Part shown: one piece after another, positions 18,948-28,816 of the stretch
How the letters are laid out: each line of letters opens with the position of its first letter
Numbering within the stretch: position 1 is the first letter of the stretch
Source of the DNA: Candidatus Obscuribacteraceae bacterium
GTDB taxonomy: Bacteria; Cyanobacteriota; Vampirovibrionia; Obscuribacterales; Obscuribacteraceae
Length of the DNA stretch: 64,000 bases
Assembly: GCA_044229845.1 (NCBI GenBank)
Contig: JBGASG010000010.1
Coordinates: forward strand, 1 to 64,000
Direction of reading: 5' to 3'
The notes under the pieces: generated by a model
Seen by the model: the letters and a program-made list of their open reading frames with translations, nothing else
The model's database searches: none
Told to the model about the DNA's origin: nothing
Translations under genes and position numbers: made by a program

Positions 18948-20660
18948 TCACTGGTGCGCGGACTTGAGCAGTCGGACTTCCGCAGCCGCGTTTTTGTCAG
19001 CAAGAAGAGCCTCCACTTTCTTTGCTGCCAGCTCGACCTGAAAATCGATCTCTTTCAAAGAATAGCCTTGCGCCCGGCATGCCCTAACTCTGGCGCCGAC
19101 TAAATGTATCGCCGCCTGTGTGTTTTTCGACCTTATGTACTCGCCCAATCCTGCCTCGAAAACAGTGTCAAAAAAGTCCTTATCATGCTTGGGGACATTG
19201 CTGGCGGTTGCCGCAAATTCCATTAAGCGGTCGGACAGAACGGCCAGCTGCTCAGGGCTCCGGACCTCCTTAGCAAGTTGGTACTGGTCGCGGAAATTGT
19301 ATAGCTGCAATGTCTCAATCTTCTTCAGCTGATATGAATTTAGCGCTTTCAGGTGTGCCAGCTCGAGATTAGTGGCGGCTGCGGCCAGGTCTGCTGAAGC
19401 TTGCTGCCGCAGATGTGTTTGTTCGGCGGTCGCATTTTGTAGCTGAGACTTCCGGATCGCACGAGACTTCCGGATCGCAATGGAGCCACGGGCCCATTGT
19501 CTCCATCCATCAAAATAGTGATCCTGCAGTGGCTCCGCATAAACATCAGCTTCCGTCAGTGCTTGCTCTGCCCGCGTTAAGTCATTATGGACGATGAAAC
19601 TAGAGGCCCTCAACAGCAACCGGTCTGACTGCACGCGGCAAGCCGACTCGTCCAGCTCAGCCGTCGCCGTGCGCTGGCTCTTGCGACCTGTGCTGTGCAG
19701 GTACAAGACCGCCGCCACAAGTGCCAGTGCCGACAGTACTACAACCATTCGGGTCAGGCGTAGTCTTGCTCGACTCCTCGGCACTGATTTCTCCTGGCTG
19801 TGCGGTATATTTTGTGGCGGCTGGCTGTCCAGCACACTTTGCAAATCGGCACGCAACGCAGCGGCAGTCTGGTAGCGATTGGCGCACTCCTTTTCCAGAC
19901 AACAGGCAATCACACGATCGAGCGGTTCTGGAATGGCAGGGATGAGCGCAGATGGAGGAAGCGGCTTTTCAAGCTGGTGCGCGAGCGCCGTTTCTGCAAT
20001 GCTGTCACGCTGGAAAGGTGGCTTTCCGACCAATGTTTCGTAGAGTGTACAGCCGAGGGAATATATGTCGCTGGCAGCACTGGGCCCGCGTCCTCGATAC
20101 TGTTCCGGACTCATGTAAATGTAACTGCCACCAACGGACGAAGTAGTGCTCGGCTCTTTTCCAGCGCTGACAATTTTCGCCACCCCAAAGTCAACGAGCT
20201 TCGCTTTTGCTTGTTTTCCCTCACCCACCACCATCAAATTGCTGGGCTTGAGATCGCTGTGGATGATGGCGTTCTCGTGTGCGTGTCCGAGTGCGTCGCA
20301 AACTTGCATAAATATCGGCAGAGCATCTTCCCAAGCCTGCGGTCCCTGCGACGCGATCACCTCAGACATGCTTTTGCCTGGCAAAAATTCCATGGCAATG
20401 TAGGGGACGCCGCCCGCGATACCGGTGGAATACACGGAAACAATATTCGGATGGCTGAGGGCGCTGATCACCTGGACTTCCCGCCGAAAGCGCGAAAACT
20501 TGCTTGCCTGTACCAGCGATGACTTCAGCATCTTGAGCGCCACCGTGCGATTCATCTGCCTCTGCAGCGCTTCATAGACGACACCCATGCCGCCTTCTCC
20601 CAGACGTGACACAATCTGGAAGCGATTGTCTACTACAGCGCCTACTTCAAGCTCGCTCAA
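18948..20660 (-). CDS. Membrane Ser/Thr protein kinase, paralog of 8655..10394
   Basis: NRFQIVSRLGEGGMGVVYEAL identical to the first kinase; HSDLKPSN, DFGVAK, YMSPEQ; TM helix; GAGG RBS before TTG. Confidence 0.92.
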   Translation of the reverse strand: MSELEVGAVVDNRFQIVSRLGEGGMGVVYEALQRQMNRTVALKMLKSSLVQASKFSRFRREVQVISALSHPNIVSVYSTGIAGGVPYIAMEFLPGKSMSEVIASQGPQAWEDALPIFMQVCDALGHAHENAIIHSDLKPSNLMVVGEGKQAKAKLVDFGVAKIVSAGKEPSTTSSVGGSYIYMSPEQYRGRGPSAASDIYSLGCTLYETLVGKPPFQRDSIAETALAHQLEKPLPPSALIPAIPEPLDRVIACCLEKECANRYQTAAALRADLQSVLDSQPPQNIPHSQEKSVPRSRARLRLTRMVVVLSALALVAAVLYLHSTGRKSQRTATAELDESACRVQSDRLLLRASSFIVHNDLTRAEQALTEADVYAEPLQDHYFDGWRQWARGSIAIRKSRAIRKSQLQNATAEQTHLRQQASADLAAAATNLELAHLKALNSYQLKKIETLQLYNFRDQYQLAKEVRSPEQLAVLSDRLMEFAATASNVPKHDKDFFDTVFEAGLGEYIRSKNTQAAIHLVGARVRACRAQGYSLKEIDFQVELAAKKVEALLADKNAAAEVRLLKSAHQ

Positions 20661-21035
20661 GGCAATAACTCAATAACCTCAAGTCCGCCATAGACGATTA
20701 AGTAGCTTGGGCTGGGACCATCATATAGACAAGCGTTCTCACACATCTAGACTCGACGCCTTCCAGTTAACGGCATTTTAGAAAAGGATAAAAGACTCTG
20801 AGATCGTTTCGAGAGGTTTGGAGCCGGTGCCCGAAATCAACATCTATATGTAGTGATACTATGCGCGGTGACACTCTTATTGTATGTAGGCTCTTCCCAT
20901 GCTTCCGAAGGGACTTCGCGTCAAAGCTCAGCGAGCAGCAACTTCTTGATGCAGCGGACACACCCACGACAATCAAGTTAGCGGCCTTGCTAGCCTGAGT
21001 TCCGGTCCGCAGAGCTTCAACTGCCCTGAACCCAA

Positions 21036-22937
21036 TCACGCCACATGAATAACCGGTCGCTTGCTGCGATCCGGCTCCTGCCCGCGCAAGATCTCGCGAG
21101 TCAGCGGTGCGGTCTCACCTTCACCGAAGAAAATGAATTTGAGGATGTAGCCGAGTGGATGCCCTTCCGTCCAGCCGAAATACGCATGAGGAATCTGTCC
21201 GGTTTCTTCCTGAATTTTGAGCAGGACAGCGGCGATCGCGTTGGGCACCGACGGGCTCTTGCACCGTAAGATAGAGAATCCGTCGACGACTACTCCTTCA
21301 ACGCGCAGCTCATCATCGTAGAAATCAGAGGCATCCTCTTTGCTGACTTCGAGAAACAAGAAGTCTCCTTCGACTTCCTGAATGCTGTGCGATTCGCGCG
21401 CTTCCGCCTCTTTCTCACGATAATCAACTTCCAGTCCCGGTCGGTGCGCCAGCAACCGCACCACTTTCCAGTTTTCAGTCAGTTCGCGTTTGATGAAGGT
21501 TCTGGCCGTGTCATCAAATATCACCTTAGTAACTCGCAGCTCTGTTGAACGGACAGAGCGCGACGCGAAGGAGGTAGTAAAAATGATCACCAGCAACCAC
21601 AATGCAGTCAGCAAGCCGTCGAGCCTGGCAGTCATATTGGCAATGCAGGCGTAAATGAAGCATAGAGTAACGACAATGAAGTAGGCGCGCGCCACCGGAC
21701 GCCGCCACACAGACAGAAGCGCCGCCAGACAGGCTGAGGTCAGAAGTACGAGCAAGCCGGTGGCAAACGCACCGGATTGTTTGTCGACATTGGCATGGAA
21801 TATGCAAGTGATGACGCAGCACGCACCAGTGAAAAAGAGCACCAGCGGCCTTTGCGCTGCAGCCCACTGCGGTGCCATGCCGTAGCGGGGAAGATAGTGC
21901 GGCACCAAACTCAGAAGTGCCGCCATAGTTGATGCACCGGCGAACCAGAGTATGAAGATGGTGACGAAGTCGTAGACGCTTCCAAACGCGGCTCCCAGAT
22001 GCTCGTGAGCGAGGTAAGCAAGCGCGCGTCCATTGGCCGGCTGCCCTTCAGCGTATAAATGAGCCGGGATCATCGCCGTCGTGACGATGGAACTGACGAT
22101 CAAAAGCACGGCCATGACGACGGCGGCAGTACTCAACAGTTTGCGCGTGTTGCGAATACGTCCAGCCGGACGGCGTGGATCATCTTTGGCATCGCCTTTG
22201 ATAAGAGGCATCACTGCCACCCCGGTTTCAAACCCGGACATTCCCAGAACCAGCTGCGGAAAAGCCAGAGCGGAAGCCAGGGCGATGGCGGTTGGATCCC
22301 CGTGATGTTGATGTAGTTGCGAGATCCAATCTTGAATGAGCTGGGGTTGCTGGATGAGTTTGTTGAAGCACACGGTCAGCGTAATAGCATTCAACGACAA
22401 GTAACTGAGCACAAGAATGAATGAAACACCGATCGCTTCTCGAAATCCCTTCAGAAAAATTGCGCCCAGAGCCAGGATCAAAATTATGGTTACCCAGAAC
22501 GGATGCCGCAAGGCTGGGGGCACCCAGGGATTTTGCACAAAGTGGACGGCGGCATCTGCAGTGCAGACTGTGATGGTAAAGAGAAACCCGGTTGCCGCAA
22601 ATGAAAGCAAGGACAGTATGAACAGCTTGCCGGCCCAGCCATCCAATCTTTCTTCAAGCATGTGAAAACTGCCCTGCCCGTGAGGGCTCTCCTCACAAAC
22701 TCGCCAGTAAGCCGGCAGCGCACCAAACAAGTTCATTGCCACCAGAAACAGTGTCGCAAACGGTGACAATATTCCAGTTGCCACAAATGCGATGCTGGGT
22801 TGAAATCCGATCGACGAAAAGTAGTCGACGCCCGTCAAGCACATGACTTTCCACCAGGCGTCTTGCGAGCCGTGTGCGGATTCCTGCCGTTTGAACAGCC
22901 AGGTCAGAAACTTTCGTTTGGCGGAACTGGATATCAT
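21036..22937 (-). CDS. APC-superfamily transporter with cytoplasmic C-terminal domain
   Basis: WWKVMCLTGVDYFS, SPHGQGS, LGMSGFETGVAVMP, ANGRALAYLA; about 12 hydrophobic segments. Confidence 0.85.
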   Translation of the reverse strand: MISSSAKRKFLTWLFKRQESAHGSQDAWWKVMCLTGVDYFSSIGFQPSIAFVATGILSPFATLFLVAMNLFGALPAYWRVCEESPHGQGSFHMLEERLDGWAGKLFILSLLSFAATGFLFTITVCTADAAVHFVQNPWVPPALRHPFWVTIILILALGAIFLKGFREAIGVSFILVLSYLSLNAITLTVCFNKLIQQPQLIQDWISQLHQHHGDPTAIALASALAFPQLVLGMSGFETGVAVMPLIKGDAKDDPRRPAGRIRNTRKLLSTAAVVMAVLLIVSSIVTTAMIPAHLYAEGQPANGRALAYLAHEHLGAAFGSVYDFVTIFILWFAGASTMAALLSLVPHYLPRYGMAPQWAAAQRPLVLFFTGACCVITCIFHANVDKQSGAFATGLLVLLTSACLAALLSVWRRPVARAYFIVVTLCFIYACIANMTARLDGLLTALWLLVIIFTTSFASRSVRSTELRVTKVIFDDTARTFIKRELTENWKVVRLLAHRPGLEVDYREKEAEARESHSIQEVEGDFLFLEVSKEDASDFYDDELRVEGVVVDGFSILRCKSPSVPNAIAAVLLKIQEETGQIPHAYFGWTEGHPLGYILKFIFFGEGETAPLTREILRGQEPDRSKRPVIHVA

Positions 22938-23072
22938 GCAGTCTAGGCTAGACCAAATGACATCCAGCCAAGTCTGCGAGGCGATCGAAAGCGGTGCCGA
23001 CAGCTACATGGTCAAGACAAGTCGGACGGAAACCGCATCGCAGTGGGCATTTTGTTGGCAATTAGAAACCGC

Positions 23073-23124
23073 AACGCTTCTTGATTGCTCAGAACGCTTC
23101 TTGATTGCTCAGAACGCTTTTTGA
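23073..23124. repeat. 20-bp tandem repeat (AACGCTTCTTGATTGCTCAG x2 plus a partial third copy)
   Basis: Directly visible between the oppC stop and the transporter upstream region. Confidence 0.85.
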
Positions 23125-24078
23125 CTACTCCGACCGCTTGGTGAAACGAGTGCGCGGATCGAGCGCATCACGCAGTCCGTCGCCTAGCAGGTTGAACGAA
23201 AGCACCGTGATGAAAATGAACATGCTCGGAAAGAATATCAGATGCGGGTCGGAGCGCAGCGCGCGCCAGCCGTCGCTGGCAAGAGTGCCCCAACTCGCGG
23301 CCGGCGGCGACAATCCCAGCCCGATAAAGCTGAGCGTCGATTCGGAAAGAATGGCATACGGCACGATGAAGGTGAGCGTGACGATAATCGGTCCCATGGC
23401 ATTGGGCAGCAGGTGCTTCAGAACAATCGGCACGCCCGCCTGACCCGACGCGCGCGCTGCATCAACAAACTCTTCATGCTTGAGTTGCAGCAGTTGCGCG
23501 CGCACCAGTCTGGCGGTGCTCTTCCATGACACCAGACCGAGCGCCATCAGGACACCGAGGGTTCCTTTGTCCCGTCCGACAATGACTCCGATCAAAATCA
23601 TCACGAGCAGATCCGGCAGCGAGTAAAGAATATCCACCACTCGCATCAACACTGCATCAACTTTGCCGCCATAAAAGCCGGAAACAGAGCCGTAAACCGT
23701 ACCGATCACAAAGGCGATCAAAGCGGTGAAGACGCCGATGCTGATCGAGACCCTGGCACCGAATATGATGCGGGTCAGCAAATCGCGTCCCAGTTCGTCC
23801 GTCCCCATTATATGTTGCGCGCAGGGTTTCACCAGAATCTCGGTGGAGGTCTGATCGAACGAGTAGGGCGTCAGGGGCACAAACGCCGATATGAGAGAAA
23901 CGACGAGCAGCGCCACGATAATCCACAGACAGGTCCAGGCGGCAGGAATCTTGCGCAGACGGTGCCATGCTTCGGCCAGCGGACCGCGAGCCGGTGTGTC
24001 GTCGAACACCGGTTCTTTCGAGGGAATCGGCAGCGGATCAGGCGCCTGCAACGTGGAGGTGTTGTTCTCTTCGGCCAT
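23125..24078 (-). CDS. oppC: Oligopeptide ABC transporter permease
   Basis: MGTDELGRDLL.R...GARVS, EFVDAARASG, HLLPN, ESTLSFIGLG, FNLLGDGLRDALDPR; start MAEENN. Confidence 0.93.
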   Translation of the reverse strand: MAEENNTSTLQAPDPLPIPSKEPVFDDTPARGPLAEAWHRLRKIPAAWTCLWIIVALLVVSLISAFVPLTPYSFDQTSTEILVKPCAQHIMGTDELGRDLLTRIIFGARVSISIGVFTALIAFVIGTVYGSVSGFYGGKVDAVLMRVVDILYSLPDLLVMILIGVIVGRDKGTLGVLMALGLVSWKSTARLVRAQLLQLKHEEFVDAARASGQAGVPIVLKHLLPNAMGPIIVTLTFIVPYAILSESTLSFIGLGLSPPAASWGTLASDGWRALRSDPHLIFFPSMFIFITVLSFNLLGDGLRDALDPRTRFTKRSE

Positions 24079-24085
24079 TGTTTCC

Positions 24086-25006
24086 TCAGCCCTCGACCTG
24101 AATGCGTGGATCCAGAACCGTGTACAGGATGTCCACAATGGTATTGGTGACCAAAAGAATGATCCCGAAAACGAGCGTGGTGCCAATCAGCAAGTCGTAA
24201 TCGCGATTGCCGACTGCTGTGATGAAAAACCGGCCCATGCCCGGGATGGCATAGACATATTCGACGATGAACGAACCGGTGATCAACACTGCGGTGAGCG
24301 GACCGAGCACCGTGACGATCGGCACCAGAGCATTACGCAGAACGTGCTTGAGCACCGTCGACTGTTGCGACAGTCCTTTGGAACGCGCCGTGCGCACCCA
24401 GTCTTTTTCCAGCACCTCCAGCACACTGGCGCGTGTCAAACGCGCCAGATAAGCTGCCGGACTGGCAGCCAGAGTGAGGGCCGGCAGCACCATACTGCGA
24501 GCGTTTTCCCAGAGCCCCACCGGCAATATTTTGAACTGAATGCCAAAAACATAAATCAGAAGTGCGCCCACCACGAAGGCGGGCACTGATATGCCGGCGG
24601 TGGCAATGATCATCGATATCCAGTCGAAAGGCGTGTTCCTCTTGATTGCGGCCAGGGTGCCCAGTGGTACGCCGATCAAAATAGAAAGCAACAGACCCAT
24701 GGATCCAAGCTGTACAGAAACAGGCAAGGCATCACGCATGATGTCGTTGACGGTGCGGTTGACATATTTGTATGAAACGCCCAGGTCGCCGTGCGCCAAC
24801 CGGTTGATGTAGCGGAAATACTGCTCGTGGAGTGGACGGTCCAGATAATACTTGCGTTTGATGTTGGCAATCACCTCGGGCGGCAAGTTCTTTTCCAGGT
24901 CGAACGGTCCGCCGGGAACGCTGCGCACCAGCAAGAAACAGAGCGAAGCCAGAATGAACAGTATCGGAATTGCTGCCAGTAATCGTTTCAGTATCAGCCA
25001 GAACAT
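24086..25006 (-). CDS. oppB: Oligopeptide ABC transporter permease
   Basis: PGGPF, GDLG.S, RTARSKGL, HVLRNAL, PGMGR, RDY, LDPRI. Confidence 0.94.
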   Translation of the reverse strand: MFWLILKRLLAAIPILFILASLCFLLVRSVPGGPFDLEKNLPPEVIANIKRKYYLDRPLHEQYFRYINRLAHGDLGVSYKYVNRTVNDIMRDALPVSVQLGSMGLLLSILIGVPLGTLAAIKRNTPFDWISMIIATAGISVPAFVVGALLIYVFGIQFKILPVGLWENARSMVLPALTLAASPAAYLARLTRASVLEVLEKDWVRTARSKGLSQQSTVLKHVLRNALVPIVTVLGPLTAVLITGSFIVEYVYAIPGMGRFFITAVGNRDYDLLIGTTLVFGIILLVTNTIVDILYTVLDPRIQVEG

Positions 25007-25021
25007 TTTGTAGTTTCGTCC

Positions 25022-26650
25022 TTACTTGGTGCGCGTCGGGTCGATTTTCACAGTCTTGAAAAATTGAAAGTCCAGAGCATTGAAGGCGATTCCCGAAACC
25101 CATGGTTTGACCATGCAGTTTTGGGTCGCCTGAAATGTCGGTGTCATCGGCACCTGATCGCGGCAGAGCATCGTGTCCGCCTGGATATAAAGCCGTTTGC
25201 GCTTCTCCGGATCTTGTTCGGCACTGGCCATATCGACAATGTGGTCGTACTCGGGATTTTTCCAGCGCGTGTTGTTGTTGCCGTTGTTGCTCGTAAACAG
25301 ATTGGCGAAGGTCTCCGGGTCGGCAAAATCGGCGCCCCAGGACGCCCTGTACATGGGTGGTGCATCTCTGCGCAACGTGGCCAGATAGACCTTCCATTCC
25401 TGATTGACCAGTTCAACCGGTATGCCAAGATTGCGTTTAAGCTGATCCTGCATCACCTCGACTTGCACACGCACATCTTCGCGGTTGGGAAACAAGAGCC
25501 CGAGCGTGGGAAAGCCCTTCCCGTCTGGATAGCCAGCTTCCGCCAACAGTTTGCGCGCACCTTCGGGATCGTAGTTGATCGCCGATTCCGGGGAATATCC
25601 CGGTAGCGCCGGTGGTATCCATGTGTAAATCGGCTGCTCACCGCGCCGCAGGATTTTCGGAAAAACACTTCTGTCGATCGCCATCGCGATTGCCTTGCGA
25701 ACGCGCGGATCATTGACCGGCTTCTTTTCGACATTGAAACCCATGTAGTTGACACGCAAGAGCGGGAAGTTATGGTATTCCGGCGAGTTGCGATAGCGCG
25801 TCACATCTGGTGTGGAAAAACTGCGGTTGTCCACGAAATCCAGTTCATCATTTTCATAAAGCGCAAATGCCGTTGCCTGCTCCGGCACCATAAACAGTTT
25901 GATGTGTTTGAGTTCCGGCTCGCCTTCGAAAAATGTCGGATTGGAATCCAGCTCGATCTTGTATTCGTGCCGCCAGGCTTTGACCAGAAACGGTCCGTTG
26001 GTGACGATATTTTCCGGCTCGGTCCAGCGGTCGCCGTGTTTTTTGACGATGTCTTCGCGCATGGGATAAGTGGGGCAGAAAGCAGCCAGGTTGATGAAAT
26101 ACGCCGCTGGTTTCTTCAAACGCACATCGAGGGTGAAGTCGTCGGTGCATTTGACGCCGATTAAGTTGGGATCTTTGATTTTGCCGGTGTTGTATTCGAA
26201 GGCGTTGACGATCGGGTAGAGAAAAAACGAATACTCGGCGCCGGTTTCCGGATTGAGCAGACGCTTCCATGCGTATTCGAAGTCGCGGGCGGTGAGCTGT
26301 TTTCCATCGGTCCACTTTATGTCTTTGCGAATATGGAAGACGTAGTGCTTGCCACCATCGGAGATGTCCCAGGAGCCGGCGCAACCGGGCACCACCTTCA
26401 AATCATTGGTGTATTGCGCCAGTCCGATCATGATGTTGGAGACGACGTCGAAGGAAACCGAGTCGGTGGTCACGTGCCAATCGAGGCTGGGCGGCTCGGC
26501 GCCAAGGTTTATGCGAAGCGTGCCAGGCTCGGGTCCGCCGCGCAGACCGCAAGCAGAAAGCGCGCTAACGGCAGAGATTGCCAGCACGCAAAGGACTAAA
26601 CGGAGGACCAAAAACGAAGATTTCCCTAAAAACCGCTTCCCGAAGCTCAT
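25022..26650 (-). CDS. oppA: Peptide ABC transporter substrate-binding lipoprotein
   Basis: Lipobox LSAC, EPPSLD, W.DG..LTA.DF.YAW.R..NP, NGPF, W.ADF.DP; start uncertain (26650 or 26731). Confidence 0.92.
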   Translation of the reverse strand: MSFGKRFLGKSSFLVLRLVLCVLAISAVSALSACGLRGGPEPGTLRINLGAEPPSLDWHVTTDSVSFDVVSNIMIGLAQYTNDLKVVPGCAGSWDISDGGKHYVFHIRKDIKWTDGKQLTARDFEYAWKRLLNPETGAEYSFFLYPIVNAFEYNTGKIKDPNLIGVKCTDDFTLDVRLKKPAAYFINLAAFCPTYPMREDIVKKHGDRWTEPENIVTNGPFLVKAWRHEYKIELDSNPTFFEGEPELKHIKLFMVPEQATAFALYENDELDFVDNRSFSTPDVTRYRNSPEYHNFPLLRVNYMGFNVEKKPVNDPRVRKAIAMAIDRSVFPKILRRGEQPIYTWIPPALPGYSPESAINYDPEGARKLLAEAGYPDGKGFPTLGLLFPNREDVRVQVEVMQDQLKRNLGIPVELVNQEWKVYLATLRRDAPPMYRASWGADFADPETFANLFTSNNGNNNTRWKNPEYDHIVDMASAEQDPEKRKRLYIQADTMLCRDQVPMTPTFQATQNCMVKPWVSGIAFNALDFQFFKTVKIDPTRTK

Positions 26651-26792
26651 GCTTGCCCTTAAACCGCCACCCGCTTGAAAACCGCCCGCCTGCGCACCTG
26701 TTGAGCGCCTCCGCAGCGCCAATGTTGTCACATTTGCGCAATGTTTGTTTGAATTTATGTTGGGATCGCAGGCTCACAAAAGGCGCCAGAGT

Positions 26793-26822
26793 TTGACAGG
26801 TTTCGGCAAATATAGGTATACT
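26793..26822 (+). promoter_or_regulatory. Sigma70-type promoter of the rpmG-trnW-secE-nusG operon
   Basis: TTGACA-18 bp-TATACT. Confidence 0.7.
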
Positions 26823-26947
26823 GCGTGATTGACACCTGGCAAGAGGTGTTTTTTTCTGGGTTCTTTTCAAAGAGCCCGCCAACTTTCTGTCTCAAGGGTA
26901 TTTTCGCCGGCACAACCGGTGACCCGGCCCAAAAGGAGCTTAAGTCC

Positions 26948-27115
26948 ATGGCTAAGAAAGACGACCGCATCATCCTCACGCTGGCGTGTGGTGACTGCAA
27001 GCGGCGCAACTACACCACAATGAAGAACAAGAAAAATGATCCGGACAGGCTGAATATCAGCAAATACTGCCGGCATTGCAAAAAGCACGTAGAGCACAAA
27101 GAAACGAAGAAATAA
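26948..27115 (+). CDS. rpmG: 50S ribosomal protein L33 (Zn-ribbon form)
   Basis: [49 protein letters not shown]. Confidence 0.96.
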   Translation: MAKKDDRIILTLACGDCKRRNYTTMKNKKNDPDRLNISKYCRHCKKHVEHKETKK

Positions 27116-27178
27116 GCGTGACCCGCCGCCCGCCTGGACTGAAAGACAGTCTCGGAATGCGGTCGGCGGACACCTCAA

Positions 27179-27249
27179 GCGCCCTTAGTTCAATGGTAGA
27201 ACGGTGGTCTCCAAAACCATTAGTGTGGGTTCGACTCCTACAGGGCGCG
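27179..27249 (+). tRNA. trnW: tRNA-Trp (CCA)
   Basis: GCGCCCT/AGGGCGC acceptor stem, D-arm GTTCAATGGTAGAAC, anticodon arm GTGGT-CTCCAAA-ACCAT, GGTTCGACTCC T-arm; canonical position before secE; 3' CCA not encoded. Confidence 0.96.
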
Positions 27250-27268
27250 AGTTTTATGGGGAATTACA

Positions 27269-27574
27269 GTGGGTTCATCAGTGACTTCAGATCGCCCAGA
27301 CAAAAAAGGTCCACCTTCAAAGAAGGAAAAGGACGAGTTGTCTGTCAGCGAGCGAGCAGAAGGCATAGTCGAGTTTCTCAAGGGCGTCGTTGTCGAGTTC
27401 AAAAAGATCAGCTGGCCACCGCGCGAGCAGGTCATCAAAGAAACCTACAGCGTCATCGTCCTTGTAGCCCTCATCACCTGTGCCGTTCTGGCGTTCGATT
27501 TCGGCATCGCCAAGGTCGTGTTTGAACCGTTGGATCATCTAGCGAGGACATTGGGTGGCGGCGTTGGAAGGTGA
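27269..27574 (+). CDS. secE: Preprotein translocase subunit SecE
   Basis: EFKKISWP.REQV..ET..V plus single TM helix; synteny. Confidence 0.92.
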   Translation: MGSSVTSDRPDKKGPPSKKEKDELSVSERAEGIVEFLKGVVVEFKKISWPPREQVIKETYSVIVLVALITCAVLAFDFGIAKVVFEPLDHLARTLGGGVGR

Positions 27575-27593
27575 AGCAAAAGTACAAAGGTCA

Positions 27594-28154
27594 ATGGCCT
27601 TTATCAAGAGCGATGGACTCCGTCGCTGGTATGCCGTGCAAACGGCTTCCGGGCACGAAAACAAAGTAAAAGAGCACATCGAAAAACGCATCGTGACGAT
27701 GGGCGCCCAGGACAAAATCTTTGGCGTGATCGTCCCCGAGAAGATGGTAACCAAGGTCAAAGACGGTAAGCGCCTTGAAAAGAAGGAGCGCGAATACCCA
27801 GGCTACGTTTTCGTAGAAATGATCCTCGATGACGATTCCTGGCGAGTGGTTCGTGAGGCTCCAGGCGTCACCAAGTACGTCGGGGCCGGCAAAAAGCCGA
27901 TTCCCGTGCAGGACAGCGAAATCCGCAAGATCCTGCGCCGTCAAATGGCTGTCTCCGGTGTCAAAGGCAAGAAAGCCGCCGTCATCGATGTCAAAGTCGG
28001 CGATTACGTGCGTATCACGGGCGGTCCGTTCGCGGACTTCACCGGCGAAGTCACGGAAGTCAACATGGAGCGCGAGCGCATCAAGGCATCGGTCATCATC
28101 TTCGGTCGTGCCACGCCAGTCGAACTGGAATTCAACCAAGTTATAAAAGTGTAA
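27594..28154 (+). CDS. nusG: Transcription termination/antitermination factor NusG
   Basis: WYAVQTASGHENKV, PGYVFVEM, KOW GPFADFTG, IFGRATPVEL. Confidence 0.97.
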   Translation: MAFIKSDGLRRWYAVQTASGHENKVKEHIEKRIVTMGAQDKIFGVIVPEKMVTKVKDGKRLEKKEREYPGYVFVEMILDDDSWRVVREAPGVTKYVGAGKKPIPVQDSEIRKILRRQMAVSGVKGKKAAVIDVKVGDYVRITGGPFADFTGEVTEVNMERERIKASVIIFGRATPVELEFNQVIKV

Positions 28155-28161
28155 AACGCCC

Positions 28162-28184
28162 ATGGCAGCCTGATCGGCTGCCAT
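28162..28184. other. 9-bp-stem hairpin after nusG
   Basis: ATGGCAGCC-TGATC-GGCTGCCAT; no 3' U-tract, so not a canonical intrinsic terminator. Confidence 0.55.
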
Positions 28185-28287
28185 AAAATTGAGGATTCGT
28201 TTGAATCTCAGTCCAGTCCTCGGAGTCCCCGTCCAGTCGAAGTCCAAGTCCTAGTCCACAAAGAACAAAGCACAAAGGATATAAGCC

Positions 28288-28710
28288 GTGAAAAAGGTCG
28301 TAGGGAAAATCAAACTGCAGATCCAGGCAGGCAAGGCCAACCCGGCACCGCCGATTGGTCCCGCGCTTGGTCAGCATGGTGTCAACATCATGCAATTCTG
28401 CAAGGAATACAATGCCAAGACTCAAGATAAGGCCGGGTCAGTGATCCCGGTGGAAATCACCGTATTCGAAGATCGCTCGTTCGACTTCATTTTGAAAACG
28501 CCGCCCGCAGCAGAAATGCTCAAGAAGGCAGCCAATGTGGAAAAAGGTTCGGCCACCCCGAACAAGACGAAAGTAGCCACCATCAGCCGCGCCAAGGTTA
28601 CGGAAATCGCCAAAGAAAAGATGCCTGACCTGAACGCCACCACTCTCGAAGCCGCTGAGCGCATGATCATGGGCACCGCCCGCAACATGGGCATCATCGT
28701 CCAAGAGTGA
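28288..28710 (+). CDS. rplK: 50S ribosomal protein L11
   Basis: [35 protein letters not shown]. Confidence 0.98.
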   Translation: MKKVVGKIKLQIQAGKANPAPPIGPALGQHGVNIMQFCKEYNAKTQDKAGSVIPVEITVFEDRSFDFILKTPPAAEMLKKAANVEKGSATPNKTKVATISRAKVTEIAKEKMPDLNATTLEAAERMIMGTARNMGIIVQE

Positions 28711-28816
28711 TCCACCAGTAATACACACACCCTGCCCCGGCACGACCGGTCAAGCGGGGGAGCACAGCAGACGGAAGAAACAGTACCGACTGCGAAGCGA
28801 AAAGGAGAAACTAAGA

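Noticed and set aside
20700..21035. ORF 20767..21039 (-) or a short plus-strand ORF in an AT-richer spacer
   Set aside because: No RBS, no recognisable motif and atypical composition; at most a gene remnant.
23073..23124. CRISPR array
   Set aside because: The repeats are directly adjacent with no spacers, there are only about 2.6 copies, and no cas genes are present.
23125..26650. oppABC lacking oppD/oppF as a novel system
   Set aside because: ATPase genes are often encoded elsewhere; this cannot be judged from one window.
27179..27300. Integrative element at tRNA-Trp
   Set aside because: secE follows immediately; no integrase and no duplicated tRNA 3' end were seen in the window.
28715..28810. 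L1 autoregulatory site between rplK and rplA
   Set aside because: GGGGGAG and a hairpin are present, but I could not confirm the full L1-binding internal-loop consensus by eye.
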